In this document: positions 8,473 through 17,851 of the stretch, one piece after another | How the letters are laid out: the number at the start of each line of letters is the position of its first letter | How positions within the stretch are numbered: the stretch's first letter is position 1 | Assembly (NCBI GenBank): GCA_025284135.1 | Contig: GCA_025284135.1_3646.2 | Length of the DNA stretch: 41,948 bases | Direction: 5' to 3' (one strand) | Source of the DNA: a phage | Translations under genes and position numbers: made by a program | The notes under the pieces: model-generated | The model's database searches: none | What the model saw: the letters and a program-made list of their open reading frames with translations, nothing else | What the model was told of the DNA's origin: nothing

Positions 8473-8937
8473 GTGGAAGACGGACGTTTAATGAAGTCTG
8501 AACGCAGGCTTATTGTGCAACTGATCCCAGAAACAGCTTGGTATAATAACCTCCGAAACGCTGTGAAGAAGAGTGAGTGGGATAAGATCCGTAAGAAGTG
8601 CTACAGAGAAGCCAACTACACTTGCGAGGTGTGCGGAGGTAAAGGCAGCAAACATCCAGTGGAGTGTCATGAACTTTACACTTTCGAAGAAGGAGTGATC
8701 CGGCTTGTCGGACTGATAGCGTTGTGCCCAGATTGTCACACATCGGTGCATCCTGGGTTAGCAAATATACGTGGAAAGTATGCTCAGGCAGTTAATCAGT
8801 TGGCTAAGGTGAATAAGATCACCAAGGGTATGGCAGAGGCGTATTACCGAGACTGCTTTGCAGAGTGGCGTGAGCTTAGTAAAGTTCCAGAATGGAAGAC
8901 TGACTTTTCGTGGATAGAGGGTTACCTTGATGGCTAA
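8473..8937 (+). CDS. zinc-binding HNH-like protein
   Basis: CEVCGG...HPVECHE...LCPDCH cysteine/histidine pattern; GTG start with GAGGAG RBS. Confidence 0.4.
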   Translation: MEDGRLMKSERRLIVQLIPETAWYNNLRNAVKKSEWDKIRKKCYREANYTCEVCGGKGSKHPVECHELYTFEEGVIRLVGLIALCPDCHTSVHPGLANIRGKYAQAVNQLAKVNKITKGMAEAYYRDCFAEWRELSKVPEWKTDFSWIEGYLDG

Positions 8938-9220
8938 GAAACCTGTAAAAGAGAAATTTGATAAGACAGCTTTTGTATTCGATACACCTTTGGACGATAT
9001 CATCAGAGGTATGCAAGCCTTGTATCGGAAGTCTGAATCTGAGCAGCTGTCGGAATCAGAGCTTTACTGGTTGGGTTGGTGGGAGCTTAACCTACCTAAA
9101 GCTGAAAGCTCTGATCTAAAAACCGTTAAAACGTGTGCCCAAGAAAATGCTGCACTTGGAATTTACCACAAAAGAAAAAGATCAACAAAAAGCTCTCCAA
9201 GAAAGACTAAAAAGTCTTGA
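8930..9220 (+). CDS. hypothetical protein (basic C-terminus)
   Basis: ORF 8927..9220, ATG at 8930. Confidence 0.4.
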   Translation: MAKKPVKEKFDKTAFVFDTPLDDIIRGMQALYRKSESEQLSESELYWLGWWELNLPKAESSDLKTVKTCAQENAALGIYHKRKRSTKSSPRKTKKS

Positions 9221-9246
9221 CAAATGAGTCTCTGATCTGATATTAT
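9217..9246 (+). promoter_or_regulatory. sigma70-like promoter (TTGACA, 18 nt, TATTAT)
   Basis: TTGACAAATGAGTCTCTGATCTGATATTAT about 35 nt upstream of ATG 9280. Confidence 0.5.
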
Positions 9247-9279
9247 CAGTTAACTATTTATTAACTAGGAGAACTAGGT

Positions 9280-9588
9280 ATGCTTAAAATTTTTATTGTT
9301 GAAGATAAAGATATCGTCCAGTTGTATGCAAACGAGAATCACAAGGGTATGATTCTGAAGAAGGCAAAAAACCTTCATGAAAACACAATTCAACCTGGCG
9401 ATGTAATTAAGATCTGTGGTTATATGATACCAGACTCCTTGATGAAAATAACCCACCACTGGGGGTCTAATCCGTTCCTTTTTGAAAAGTATTGGGATGT
9501 TGAGTCACTTATTGCAGAGAGTGATGATGCATTCCATTACAGCATCCAACCATCTTGCAGAATAACTAACAGGAGGGTCTTTGAGTAG
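9280..9588 (+). CDS. hypothetical protein
   Basis: 102-aa ORF with RBS AGGAGA and own promoter. Confidence 0.5.
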   Translation: MLKIFIVEDKDIVQLYANENHKGMILKKAKNLHENTIQPGDVIKICGYMIPDSLMKITHHWGSNPFLFEKYWDVESLIAESDDAFHYSIQPSCRITNRRVFE

Positions 9589-10720
9589 AGAATATCCACT
9601 TATTGAGTCCATAGATTGTCTGGCTGATCTTCTTGAACCTGACGCTATAGTTTATTATGACTTCGATCAGGTTGCATATCAAGCTGCAGCAAGTTGTGAA
9701 AAAAGGACAATTGAGGTAACACACAAAGCCTCCGGACGTAAGAAGATGTTTAAAACACGAACAGAGTTCTGGGGGCGGCAGAAGAACACCGTTGGTGGTT
9801 GGTTAAAAGCTGAGAATACCAACCGTGAAGCTGCATGTAAAAAGGCTGGCAAGGAGTTTATTCCGTGGACACGAGAAGATTTCGATGTCTTGGATATCCA
9901 AACCCCTGATCCTGTAGAGAACTGCTTGCACACAATTAAGTGTAAAGCTAATGCAGTCCTTAATTATCTCGGTATTCCGGAAGATCGGTGCGTGGGGGTA
10001 CTTGGAGGCACAGGTAATTTCAGACTAGATCTTCCCATGCCGGAAAGATATAAAGCCAACCGTAACAATACTCTTCGACCACTGCTGCTTGGAGATGCAA
10101 GACAGTATCTCCAAAAGCAGTATAATGCTCAAGTGATCAACGGTATCGAGGCTGACGACTGGTTAGCTATTCAGCAATTTGAAGGTTGGAACCACTACCA
10201 AAAAACAGGTAAGTTCAACAAGTTTATTATCTCTATTGATAAGGACCAAAGAACACTACCTGGGCTTGTGTTCGATCCCATGCGAAACGATAAGGGTGAT
10301 TTTGTAAGGGAAACCCCTATGCTGATCGATAACGGTATGGGGAACATCTTCATGAAGCCTAATGGAGAGGTTGGTGGTTACGGGATGCTGTTCTTCGGAT
10401 ACCAAATGCTGTGTGGTGACTCTGCTGACAACATTAAGCCGTATCAAGGACTTATCGGTAAGGGTAAGTTCGGAGATGCCTCAGCATTCTACCTACTGTC
10501 TCAGTGCAGCACTCCAAAGGAGATGTGGGTGGCTATTATTGATCAGTACAAGAAGTGGTTCCCGAAAGGTGTTGTTAAGTATACTGACTTCAATGGTATT
10601 GATCGTAGAATTTCCGTAGGTCAATGGATGAGTATAATTTTTGACTGTTTGTATATGAAGCGGACATTCAATGATCAAACAAAACTTGTTAACGTTCTTA
10701 GAAATGTTGGAGTAATTTGA
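9581..10720 (+). CDS. 5'-3' exonuclease / flap endonuclease (RNase H-like, FEN family)
   Basis: VINGIEADDWLA matches the G(I/Y)EADD motif of T4 RNase H / T5 D15 family; TTG start after AGGAGGG. Confidence 0.55.
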   Translation: MSREYPLIESIDCLADLLEPDAIVYYDFDQVAYQAAASCEKRTIEVTHKASGRKKMFKTRTEFWGRQKNTVGGWLKAENTNREAACKKAGKEFIPWTREDFDVLDIQTPDPVENCLHTIKCKANAVLNYLGIPEDRCVGVLGGTGNFRLDLPMPERYKANRNNTLRPLLLGDARQYLQKQYNAQVINGIEADDWLAIQQFEGWNHYQKTGKFNKFIISIDKDQRTLPGLVFDPMRNDKGDFVRETPMLIDNGMGNIFMKPNGEVGGYGMLFFGYQMLCGDSADNIKPYQGLIGKGKFGDASAFYLLSQCSTPKEMWVAIIDQYKKWFPKGVVKYTDFNGIDRRISVGQWMSIIFDCLYMKRTFNDQTKLVNVLRNVGVI

Positions 10721-11052
10721 TGACTAAAAATTCTGTAGATAGTGCAATTATGGAAGCTGTTTTTGAGGATGATCATACAACAGGGACACTTAAAACAAAA
10801 AATACATTCGTTGTTGCCACAGGTATGTGGCGGTTGTATGAAGATGACACCATTTCATACATCCTGTACACTGATGATTACGCAGATGACCGTGTATGGT
10901 CTGCTGTTTTAAAAGAGGATTGTGAACTGATTGAGGGCGAGCGGTTATGCATGTTCACCAGTGTGGAAACAGATGTTAAGCTTTGCTCTCTCGTCTTGTT
11001 CAAAGATAAGGCTTATGCTCCTGATGAAGGAGAGGAGGATGAGGGAGTATGA
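10720..11052 (+). CDS. hypothetical acidic protein
   Basis: ORF 10717..11052; ATG at 10720 overlapping upstream stop. Confidence 0.45.
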   Translation: MTKNSVDSAIMEAVFEDDHTTGTLKTKNTFVVATGMWRLYEDDTISYILYTDDYADDRVWSAVLKEDCELIEGERLCMFTSVETDVKLCSLVLFKDKAYAPDEGEEDEGV

Positions 11053-11678
11053 GAGAGCGTCTATTATCCATAGACCAGTCGTTGACACACACAGCTTGCG
11101 TTGTATGGGACGATGGAAAGCCTGTTCATAAGGTTGTGTTACGAACTCAAAGCTCATCTGCAAAAGAGAAGAAACCAGGGACGGTTTCTTTTGCAACAGC
11201 TGCTGAGCGTATTGACTGGATCTGCAAACAGGTCAGATATTATATCCACACGCACGGAGTGGACACCGTGGTTATGGAAGGGCTTTCCTTTGGATCACGC
11301 GGGGATGCCACACGTGAACTGGCCGGGTTGTTTTACGGTCTTGAAATTATGCTTTGGGATGCCTTAGCTGATTGTGCAAATGACGGCCTGTTTAAGGTCC
11401 ACACAGTGACACCAACAACCGCCAAAAAGTTTGCTCGCAGTCATCTTCCTGAAGAACTTGCTTTTGAGGAGAAGAAAAAGCTTGACAAAAAGACAGGTAA
11501 AGAGCATACTGTGAAGAAACCTGTTACAATGGATAAAAAGTTGATGGTTAAGGCCTGCGAAGTATCTGAACCTGGGTTCCTAGACGGAATCAATTTGGTA
11601 CAAGGTAAGGCCGATCTCGCAGATGCTTATTGGATAGGCAGGGCTCATCTGGAGGGATTATCGCAAAGCGTAAAATAA
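11049..11678 (+). CDS. putative RuvC-like Holliday junction resolvase
   Basis: N-terminal LSIDQSLTHTACVVWD, MEGLSF, ADAYWIGRA acidic residues in RuvC-like spacing. Confidence 0.45.
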   Translation: MRERLLSIDQSLTHTACVVWDDGKPVHKVVLRTQSSSAKEKKPGTVSFATAAERIDWICKQVRYYIHTHGVDTVVMEGLSFGSRGDATRELAGLFYGLEIMLWDALADCANDGLFKVHTVTPTTAKKFARSHLPEELAFEEKKKLDKKTGKEHTVKKPVTMDKKLMVKACEVSEPGFLDGINLVQGKADLADAYWIGRAHLEGLSQSVK

Positions 11679-12235
11679 GAAAGAAAGCTGTCAAAGCCCC
11701 AGTTCATAACGGGTGGTTAAAAGATTCTAAGGACATAGCCAACTTTCGAAAAGAATTGTCAGAGGAGCAGGATGGTCTTGATCCGATCTTGTGCGAGCCA
11801 CTTCGTAAGCCTTGTTTAGATCATGATCATCTGACTGGTCGTTGCAGGGGTGTTTTGTCTCAATGCACTAATACCTTTGAGGGGTATGTGCTTAAATACT
11901 GGATGAAGTACTGTAACGAGTATACAGATTGCAGTTTATCAGAGGCGTTGCGCCGGATGGCTGACTATTTGGAGAAAGACTACAGCGACTTCCCGCTCCA
12001 CAAAAACTACAGAGATGATATGACAAAGTTCTTGAGGAGATGCTCTAAAGCTACGATTATTGCACGAGCAGAATCAGATCTCAATCTTGTCATTAATCCG
12101 GAGTGCACCAAGCATGAGGCTATTGAGTTCTACATGCAGGAGTTTATAAAGAAAACTGAGGAGAGAGATTTCTATGGGGATGAAAAAGGTATTCAATCCT
12201 TGCGACTCAGTCCTGATCAGGATGAAATACCGTAA
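11630..12235 (+). CDS. endonuclease VII-like junction-resolving enzyme (T4 gp49 family)
   Basis: PCLDHDHLTGRCRGVLSQCTNTFEG matches endo VII zinc/HNH signature; no in-frame ATG, TTG at 11630 overlaps upstream gene by 49 nt. Confidence 0.6.
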   Translation: MDRQGSSGGIIAKRKIRKKAVKAPVHNGWLKDSKDIANFRKELSEEQDGLDPILCEPLRKPCLDHDHLTGRCRGVLSQCTNTFEGYVLKYWMKYCNEYTDCSLSEALRRMADYLEKDYSDFPLHKNYRDDMTKFLRRCSKATIIARAESDLNLVINPECTKHEAIEFYMQEFIKKTEERDFYGDEKGIQSLRLSPDQDEIP

Positions 12236-12395
12236 CTGGAAAGGTGTTGTTGCAGATCGCTGCGTTACTGAGCCTAATTTATGGTTTGGCTCTACAGAGT
12301 ATCATAAAGAAGAGCAGTGGTTGATGCGTGCCTTCGATGTAGACAAGGGCGAATATCGTGACTTCGCTTTAAAAGACATTCTTCAGTTTTACTAA
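12174..12395 (+). CDS. hypothetical protein
   Basis: 73-aa ORF overlapping end of previous gene. Confidence 0.35.
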   Translation: MGMKKVFNPCDSVLIRMKYRNWKGVVADRCVTEPNLWFGSTEYHKEEQWLMRAFDVDKGEYRDFALKDILQFY

Positions 12396-12407
12396 GGAAT
12401 CTTAACG

Positions 12408-13391
12408 ATGATGACAAAGTTAACTCTTGAGCAAATTTTAACACTAAAGCAACAGGGATACACTAATAGACAAATTGCTCGTGAATTTTTAGGCCGTGAG
12501 TCACGTGAGAGCTGGATCCGACTACAGCTTAAACGTGCACAAGAGAATCTGTCAGAGATTGTAGGAGAAGCAACGGAGCGCTTCCTTGAAGAGCACAAAG
12601 GTGCTAAAGTTTGGGTGTATGATACAGAGACATCCCCAACAAACGGCTGGTTCTTTGGGCACTATAAGACCAACATTCAAACCTGTGGTATTGAAGTTAT
12701 GCCCTATATGCTAACTTTCGCAGGTAAGTGGTTAGACAGTCCTAGTGTGGTTGACTGTGCTCTTCCTGATTATAAAATGTGGGGCGAAGATATTCACAAT
12801 GATCTCGAATTGATTCAGGATTTGTGGTATTATCTGGATAAATGTGATGTCGCAGTAGCCCACAATTCAGGTTTTGACTGTGGGTGGGCCAACCAACGAT
12901 TTGCATTTCACGGGTTGCCGCCAACAAGCCCATACAAAGAGGTTGACACCCTCAAAATGATCAAGAAGGCATTCCGTTTGAATGCAAACACTTTGGAGTA
13001 TGCATGCAAATACTTCCAACTTGCCAGACAGAAACTGATTGACCACACATTTGAAATGTGGATCAAGTGTGTTCACGGCGATCTTGAGGCGTTCAAACAG
13101 ATGCGGGAGTACAATGTCGGTGATATCTTATCTCTGGAAGGCCTGTATTTGCTGGCTCGCCCGTTTGCTAAGCAGCACCCAAACATGTCATTGTACTACC
13201 AGGACGAGGAGCCAAAGGTTCGTTGCCCACGCTGTGGTGGAGAACACCTTCACGAGGAAGAGGCTTTGGCGTATACTCAGCTGAGTGCATTTAAAACATA
13301 CCGCTGCGAAGGTTGTGGATCTGTTGTTCGTGACCGTAACAACATCCGTACCAGGGAAGAAATGAAAAACACTCTGATTCAGATAATCTAA
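12408..13391 (+). CDS. DnaQ-like 3'-5' exonuclease (DEDD family) with N-terminal HTH and C-terminal zinc ribbon
   Basis: VWVYDTETSP (Exo I), AHNSGFD (Exo II), YNVGDILSLEGLY (Exo III); CPRCGG...CEGCG. Confidence 0.55.
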   Translation: MMTKLTLEQILTLKQQGYTNRQIAREFLGRESRESWIRLQLKRAQENLSEIVGEATERFLEEHKGAKVWVYDTETSPTNGWFFGHYKTNIQTCGIEVMPYMLTFAGKWLDSPSVVDCALPDYKMWGEDIHNDLELIQDLWYYLDKCDVAVAHNSGFDCGWANQRFAFHGLPPTSPYKEVDTLKMIKKAFRLNANTLEYACKYFQLARQKLIDHTFEMWIKCVHGDLEAFKQMREYNVGDILSLEGLYLLARPFAKQHPNMSLYYQDEEPKVRCPRCGGEHLHEEEALAYTQLSAFKTYRCEGCGSVVRDRNNIRTREEMKNTLIQII

Positions 13392-13399
13392 CAAGTAGA

Positions 13400-13427
13400 G
13401 GGAGGCTTGAGCCTCCCTTTTCCTTTT
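13400..13427 (+). terminator. rho-independent terminator-like hairpin
   Basis: GGGAGGC-ttga-GCCTCCC followed by TTTTCCTTTT. Confidence 0.5.
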
Positions 13428-14255
13428 GGAGGCACTTTGAGCAAGAAAGAGTCTAACGACAAATACTACACAAACCCTGAGTATGCAGAATATCTTGTTG
13501 GCAGAGTAAAAGACAAGTATGGGAATTGTGCATACGTTGAGCCTTCTGCTGGAAGGGGTTCTTTTTCAAAACTATTTTCAGAGATACTGTCGTACGATCT
13601 AGTACCAGATCCTGAATTTGAAGGACCAACACCGTGCATTCAGGCAAACTTCTTGGAGGTGCATCCCAAGGCAGATGTCTTCATAGGTAACCCACCATTT
13701 GGCAAGAATTCATCTTTAGCTTGCAAATTCTTTAACCATTGTGCATCATTGCTAGAGCTTGGCGGGGCTATAGCCTTCATCTTGCCACGGACATTTGAAA
13801 AAATATTTTTTGCAAACAAACTGGACATGTCTATGCACCTTGTCTACAGCGAAAGGTGCCCTAAGAACTCGTTTTTACTTAATGGCAAACCTTATGACGT
13901 GCCATGTGTTTTCCAAATTTGGGAGAAAAAGGCGTGTAATAGGGATCCTGTAGAGATTGGAGAGAATAAGTTATTTTCTTTTAGCACTCCAGATGACTAC
14001 GACTTCTGTGTAAGACGTGTTGGGTATAATGCTGGAAAAGTATTGGGGGATGATGACCCAAAATCTGAAGAATCGACATATTTCATAAAATCTTTAGTTG
14101 ACGGTGTTGACAGAGTGTTTGCTGAATGCTATTCTTCTTTTCAAGAAGAAGCAGGTAAGACTGCTGGAATGAAGAGTATAGGCAAGAAAGAACTACAATA
14201 CATTTTGGAGACCAGGTATGATCAAAAGCATAGACTTGACCAAAGAACTCACTGA
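13407..14255 (+). CDS. DNA N6-adenine methyltransferase
   Basis: EPSAGRGSF (SAM-binding motif I) and IGNPPF (motif IV); no in-frame ATG, start uncertain (TTG 13407 or TTG 13437 after GGAGG). Confidence 0.6.
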   Translation: MSLPFPFGGTLSKKESNDKYYTNPEYAEYLVGRVKDKYGNCAYVEPSAGRGSFSKLFSEILSYDLVPDPEFEGPTPCIQANFLEVHPKADVFIGNPPFGKNSSLACKFFNHCASLLELGGAIAFILPRTFEKIFFANKLDMSMHLVYSERCPKNSFLLNGKPYDVPCVFQIWEKKACNRDPVEIGENKLFSFSTPDDYDFCVRRVGYNAGKVLGDDDPKSEESTYFIKSLVDGVDRVFAECYSSFQEEAGKTAGMKSIGKKELQYILETRYDQKHRLDQRTH

Positions 14256-14298
14256 TGCGAAAGCTTTTGGTGAGACAGCGGTACAAAGGGGGCAGGCG

Positions 14299-14676
14299 AT
14301 GGGACTGGCACTACCTTTTGTCTTAAAAGAGCACTTTACAGATTTTCAACTTATCAAGGGCGATAAGGGAATGCTTATCCTGGAGCATAAGTTGAGTAAG
14401 AAACGCTACAAAGTTGTTTTTAATTCTAAAGCTCCAACAAAACTTGGATTCAGAACTTACAATCTCAACCCATCCTATACTAAGGGTGTTGGAAGGGTAG
14501 AACAACAGCATTTCAGTGCTAGAGCTTCTTTAGCCCCTTTGATGCTAAATTTCTCAGGGGTGGCTTTAGGATACCTTGACAAGAAAAGAGTTCTTCATGT
14601 CCGTTTCACAGACTTTGTAACGCTTTTAGCTAACAACGAAGTTGATGAAAAGGGACGTGTAAAAACAAACTTCTAA
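14299..14676 (+). CDS. hypothetical protein
   Basis: ORF 14218..14676; ATG at 14299 preceded by AAGGGGG RBS. Confidence 0.4.
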   Translation: MGLALPFVLKEHFTDFQLIKGDKGMLILEHKLSKKRYKVVFNSKAPTKLGFRTYNLNPSYTKGVGRVEQQHFSARASLAPLMLNFSGVALGYLDKKRVLHVRFTDFVTLLANNEVDEKGRVKTNF

Positions 14677-14703
14677 TAACGCATAGTATGATTGGAGACC
14701 GCA

Positions 14704-14895
14704 ATGACACTAAAGTTAACAATTCCAGACAGCTTTTCAGAAAACTTTATCCCAGAAATGATGGGTAAGATGCGATCATTGCTTGATCAGATTGAGGAAG
14801 CTGTTTGGGAAGACGATGCTGTAGTGGCTAACGAGCTGGTAGATAAGTGTAAAAGTATTATTGATGCAGTTGAAGAATACCACGGAGGTTTTTGA
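14704..14895 (+). CDS. hypothetical small acidic protein
   Basis: ATG 14704 after GGAGACC RBS. Confidence 0.4.
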   Translation: MTLKLTIPDSFSENFIPEMMGKMRSLLDQIEEAVWEDDAVVANELVDKCKSIIDAVEEYHGGF

Positions 14896-15509
14896 TGGAT
14901 ATTATTGTTCTTAACGCCCCACCCAGCAGTGGTAAGGATCACATTGCAGATCTCTTGTTGGAAGCTATTCCTAACTCACACCACCGTGAGGTTAAGGAGA
15001 TGCTCTTCAGTGTGGCAATTAAGGCAGCTGGTGTAACTCCTCAACTCTGGAATGCACTTTATGACCGTCACTACAAAGAAGATCCTTGCCCTTTCTTAAT
15101 GATAGACGGCAAGCATGTTTCTCCTAGAGAATGGATGATCCATTGTAGTGAAAATCTGATTAAACCTATCTTTGGTGAAGATGCTTTCGGTAAGGCCGCA
15201 GTCACATCCTTGAAGAAAGATTTCCCTAAAGGTAAAGGGGTTGTTGTTTACTCCGATGGTGGATTCAAAGAGGAGCTGGCATGCCTTAGTGAGTACGCAT
15301 ACAGCACAGGTGGAGATTTGTTGTTGTTCCGTATTCACCGTGTAGGATATGACTGGGGAAATGATTCCAGAACCTATCTAAGTCTGGAAAAGAGCGGAAT
15401 AAAAGGGGTTGAGTTTGATGTTGTAAACCCTGAAGGTGCACCTTGGGAGTGTGCATCGGAGATTGTGTGCAAGTATATTGATGCTAAAGAGGCCCAAGAA
15501 GAATGTTAA
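14895..15509 (+). CDS. putative deoxynucleoside monophosphate kinase (T4 gp1-like)
   Basis: N-terminal VLNAPPSSGKDHIADLL resembles T4 dNMP kinase LSGVKRSGKDTTADFI P-loop variant. Confidence 0.5.
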   Translation: MDIIVLNAPPSSGKDHIADLLLEAIPNSHHREVKEMLFSVAIKAAGVTPQLWNALYDRHYKEDPCPFLMIDGKHVSPREWMIHCSENLIKPIFGEDAFGKAAVTSLKKDFPKGKGVVVYSDGGFKEELACLSEYAYSTGGDLLLFRIHRVGYDWGNDSRTYLSLEKSGIKGVEFDVVNPEGAPWECASEIVCKYIDAKEAQEEC

Positions 15510-16096
15510 TCGGAATTGATGTAGATCTGACACTGGTAGACTCAGGAACAGCATGGTGGGAGTGGTTGGAGCGTTTGTATGGTCCAGCCAGTAAGACAGT
15601 CGCTAAACCTTCTAATGGGCTAATGTATTACGATCTGTCAAAGTATTGGCCTGATCGCCCCAAAGAAAACATCATAGGGCCTTTTGATTTCTGGAGTGAC
15701 CCGTTCCTCTACGACTTCCTTAAGCCTGAAGAGGGGGCTATCGAGGTTATGAAGGATTTGGTGGCTCGTGGTCACAAGCTTGCATTTATCTCGGTATGCA
15801 AGAAAGGTCACCTTGCATCTAAATCAAGGTTCTTAAAGCGTTGGACCAGTGATTTTATGGATCTGGACGATCACACCCAGGGTCACGGCTTCTACGCCAC
15901 ACATTTCAAAGGAAATGTGGCTGTAGATGTTATAATTGACGACAGGCATGAATACCTGAACCAATTCGCTTCACGACCTGAAGTTATTAAAATCCTAAAA
16001 GATACGCCTTATGAGCAATTCGAGGAGTTAAAGGTCAGTGTTGACTATACCGCTAATAGCTGGTATAAAATAGGAAAGTTTTTAGAAGGTATTTGA
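15503..16096 (+). CDS. HAD-superfamily hydrolase, possible 5'(3')-deoxyribonucleotidase
   Basis: IGIDVDLTLVDS (DxDxT motif I) and VIIDDR (motif IV). Confidence 0.45.
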   Translation: MLIGIDVDLTLVDSGTAWWEWLERLYGPASKTVAKPSNGLMYYDLSKYWPDRPKENIIGPFDFWSDPFLYDFLKPEEGAIEVMKDLVARGHKLAFISVCKKGHLASKSRFLKRWTSDFMDLDDHTQGHGFYATHFKGNVAVDVIIDDRHEYLNQFASRPEVIKILKDTPYEQFEELKVSVDYTANSWYKIGKFLEGI

Positions 16097-16097
16097 A

Positions 16098-16298
16098 ATG
16101 GGCAGATGTTCTAAAGGTGGCGATCCTGTAGTCAGATACGGTGACTGGCTAGAGGTGTATGATCTGGGAGGTAAGCTGGTGTATGCCTCCAGGATCACCC
16201 AAGACATGTGCTCCGATATGTTCAACAGATACCTTGCATTTAAGGCCAACATAAACCCAGACGAAATTTCCAAAATTAAAACAAGGAGAGCTAAATAA
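16098..16298 (+). CDS. hypothetical protein
   Basis: 66-aa ORF tightly packed between neighbours. Confidence 0.4.
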   Translation: MGRCSKGGDPVVRYGDWLEVYDLGGKLVYASRITQDMCSDMFNRYLAFKANINPDEISKIKTRRAK

Positions 16299-17281
16299 TG
16301 CTAAAACTGTGCACTGCAAAGATCATTGCTGACAGCATTTCCGAGAAAGGTAAGCGCATCACCACTTTTGAGCTAGAGTATCCTCGAATTATTCACTCAG
16401 AGCTTATGACGCATCGAGTATTCAGCCGAAACGCCATGTCTTCCCGTGCAGTTCCTGTCGGCAAGATGCTGCAACAGATTGTGGAGAATCCTGCAATGCC
16501 AGTTCGCTTCGGTGCAAATAAGCGAGGGATGGAAGATGGTGGGGAACACGATCAAAAGATCCGTGTAGAGTACACTGACATGGAGTTAACTCCTGAAGAA
16601 TTTTGGAAAGAAGCTGCAAAAAACGCCGCTTGGCATGCAGAGAAGTTCGCCCTTGCTGGTTACCATAAGCAAGTATGTAACCGCTTAGTGGAGCCGTTTC
16701 AGCGCATGAAAACAGTTGTAACAAGCACCGAGTGGAATAATTTTTTCCACCTCCGTTGCTGGCACGATGCGGATCCTACGATTCAGATGTTGGCTAATTG
16801 CATGTGGGAAGCTCTTGTGAATAGCACCCCTGAGATCCTTAAACCGGGTCAATGGCACACCCCATATGTAGAGCACGTTTATTTGGACGGAGAGTTTAAC
16901 TACGCTGTACGTGACACAGAAGGAAAGCTCTGCATCCTCGATACTAAAGAAGCTCTGTCTATCAGTGCTAGTTGCTGTGCACAAGTATCTTATCGAAATA
17001 TTGACAGCACGTTTGAAAAGGCAGACAGTGTGGCTAAAAAATTGATTGGTGGGGATCGTATTCATGCAAGCCCTTACGAGCACCAGGCAACACCTATGGA
17101 TCACGATAACGCAATGGAACGTTTAAACTACTATCTATCTTCATGTGAAATCACACAAGACAGCTGTGTTTGGCAGGAAGGTGTAACCCATCAAGACCGT
17201 GATGGTAAATTCTGGTCTGCCAACTTTTGTGGGTGGGTTCAGCACAGACAACTGCTTAATAACCACTTCGTGAAAGGTTAA
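16298..17281 (+). CDS. ThyX-like flavin-dependent thymidylate synthase family protein
   Basis: ELMTHRVFSRNAMSSR resembles the ThyX RHR-x7-S signature, with T in place of the first R. Confidence 0.5.
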   Translation: MLKLCTAKIIADSISEKGKRITTFELEYPRIIHSELMTHRVFSRNAMSSRAVPVGKMLQQIVENPAMPVRFGANKRGMEDGGEHDQKIRVEYTDMELTPEEFWKEAAKNAAWHAEKFALAGYHKQVCNRLVEPFQRMKTVVTSTEWNNFFHLRCWHDADPTIQMLANCMWEALVNSTPEILKPGQWHTPYVEHVYLDGEFNYAVRDTEGKLCILDTKEALSISASCCAQVSYRNIDSTFEKADSVAKKLIGGDRIHASPYEHQATPMDHDNAMERLNYYLSSCEITQDSCVWQEGVTHQDRDGKFWSANFCGWVQHRQLLNNHFVKG

Positions 17282-17310
17282 TCCTATCACAGCGATAGGT
17301 AACTTTTGTG

Positions 17311-17339
17311 TTGACTAATAGTATCAGATAATCTATAAT
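17311..17339 (+). promoter_or_regulatory. sigma70 consensus promoter (TTGACT, 17 nt, TATAAT)
   Basis: TTGACTAATAGTATCAGATAATCTATAAT; hairpin CCTATC-acagc-GATAGG at 17283-17299 just upstream. Confidence 0.6.
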
Positions 17340-17379
17340 AATGGCTCACTTTGTTGGTGAGCCAGAAATGGAGACAGAT

Positions 17380-17841
17380 ATGAGTAATGTTATGATTCCT
17401 AAAAAGACATTTATTTCAGTTACTTTGGATTTCCTATCTACCGTCCCTGGGTTTAACGTTCGCACACGAAACGGTCTCCGAGCTGCACTCTTTGCCGTGG
17501 GGTTTGATTTAAAAAATATCGATGTTCTTCGTGGAAAAAACGTTCGATGCAAAAATAAGCCAACACATTATCGAAAGGCAGATGTATTTGCTGGTGTCAT
17601 GCGTGCAGACTTTAGATACCCACAAATGTATAACGGTGTAGATATTTTAGATGTAGATAAAGCACCCGGTGAGGCAATGCTTGTTCAAGATCTTCCGTAT
17701 GATATCCCTGTAGAGGATCGTGTTAATGTAAGAAAGTATACAAAACAATCTGAAAAGGCTGAAGATATTCATATTGTTGATGAACCTTTCAATTTTGAAG
17801 ATCTGCATCGCCTGGAAAAATTATTCGGTATTGAAAGCTAA
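17380..17841 (+). CDS. hypothetical protein
   Basis: ORF 17341..17841; ATG 17380 has GGAG 6 nt upstream. Confidence 0.45.
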   Translation: MSNVMIPKKTFISVTLDFLSTVPGFNVRTRNGLRAALFAVGFDLKNIDVLRGKNVRCKNKPTHYRKADVFAGVMRADFRYPQMYNGVDILDVDKAPGEAMLVQDLPYDIPVEDRVNVRKYTKQSEKAEDIHIVDEPFNFEDLHRLEKLFGIES

Positions 17842-17851
17842 GGTGGTGAAG

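Noticed and set aside
11081-11112. TTGACA inside the RuvC-like gene as a promoter
   Set aside because: No acceptable -10 hexamer at 16-18 nt spacing (TATGGG), and it lies inside coding sequence.
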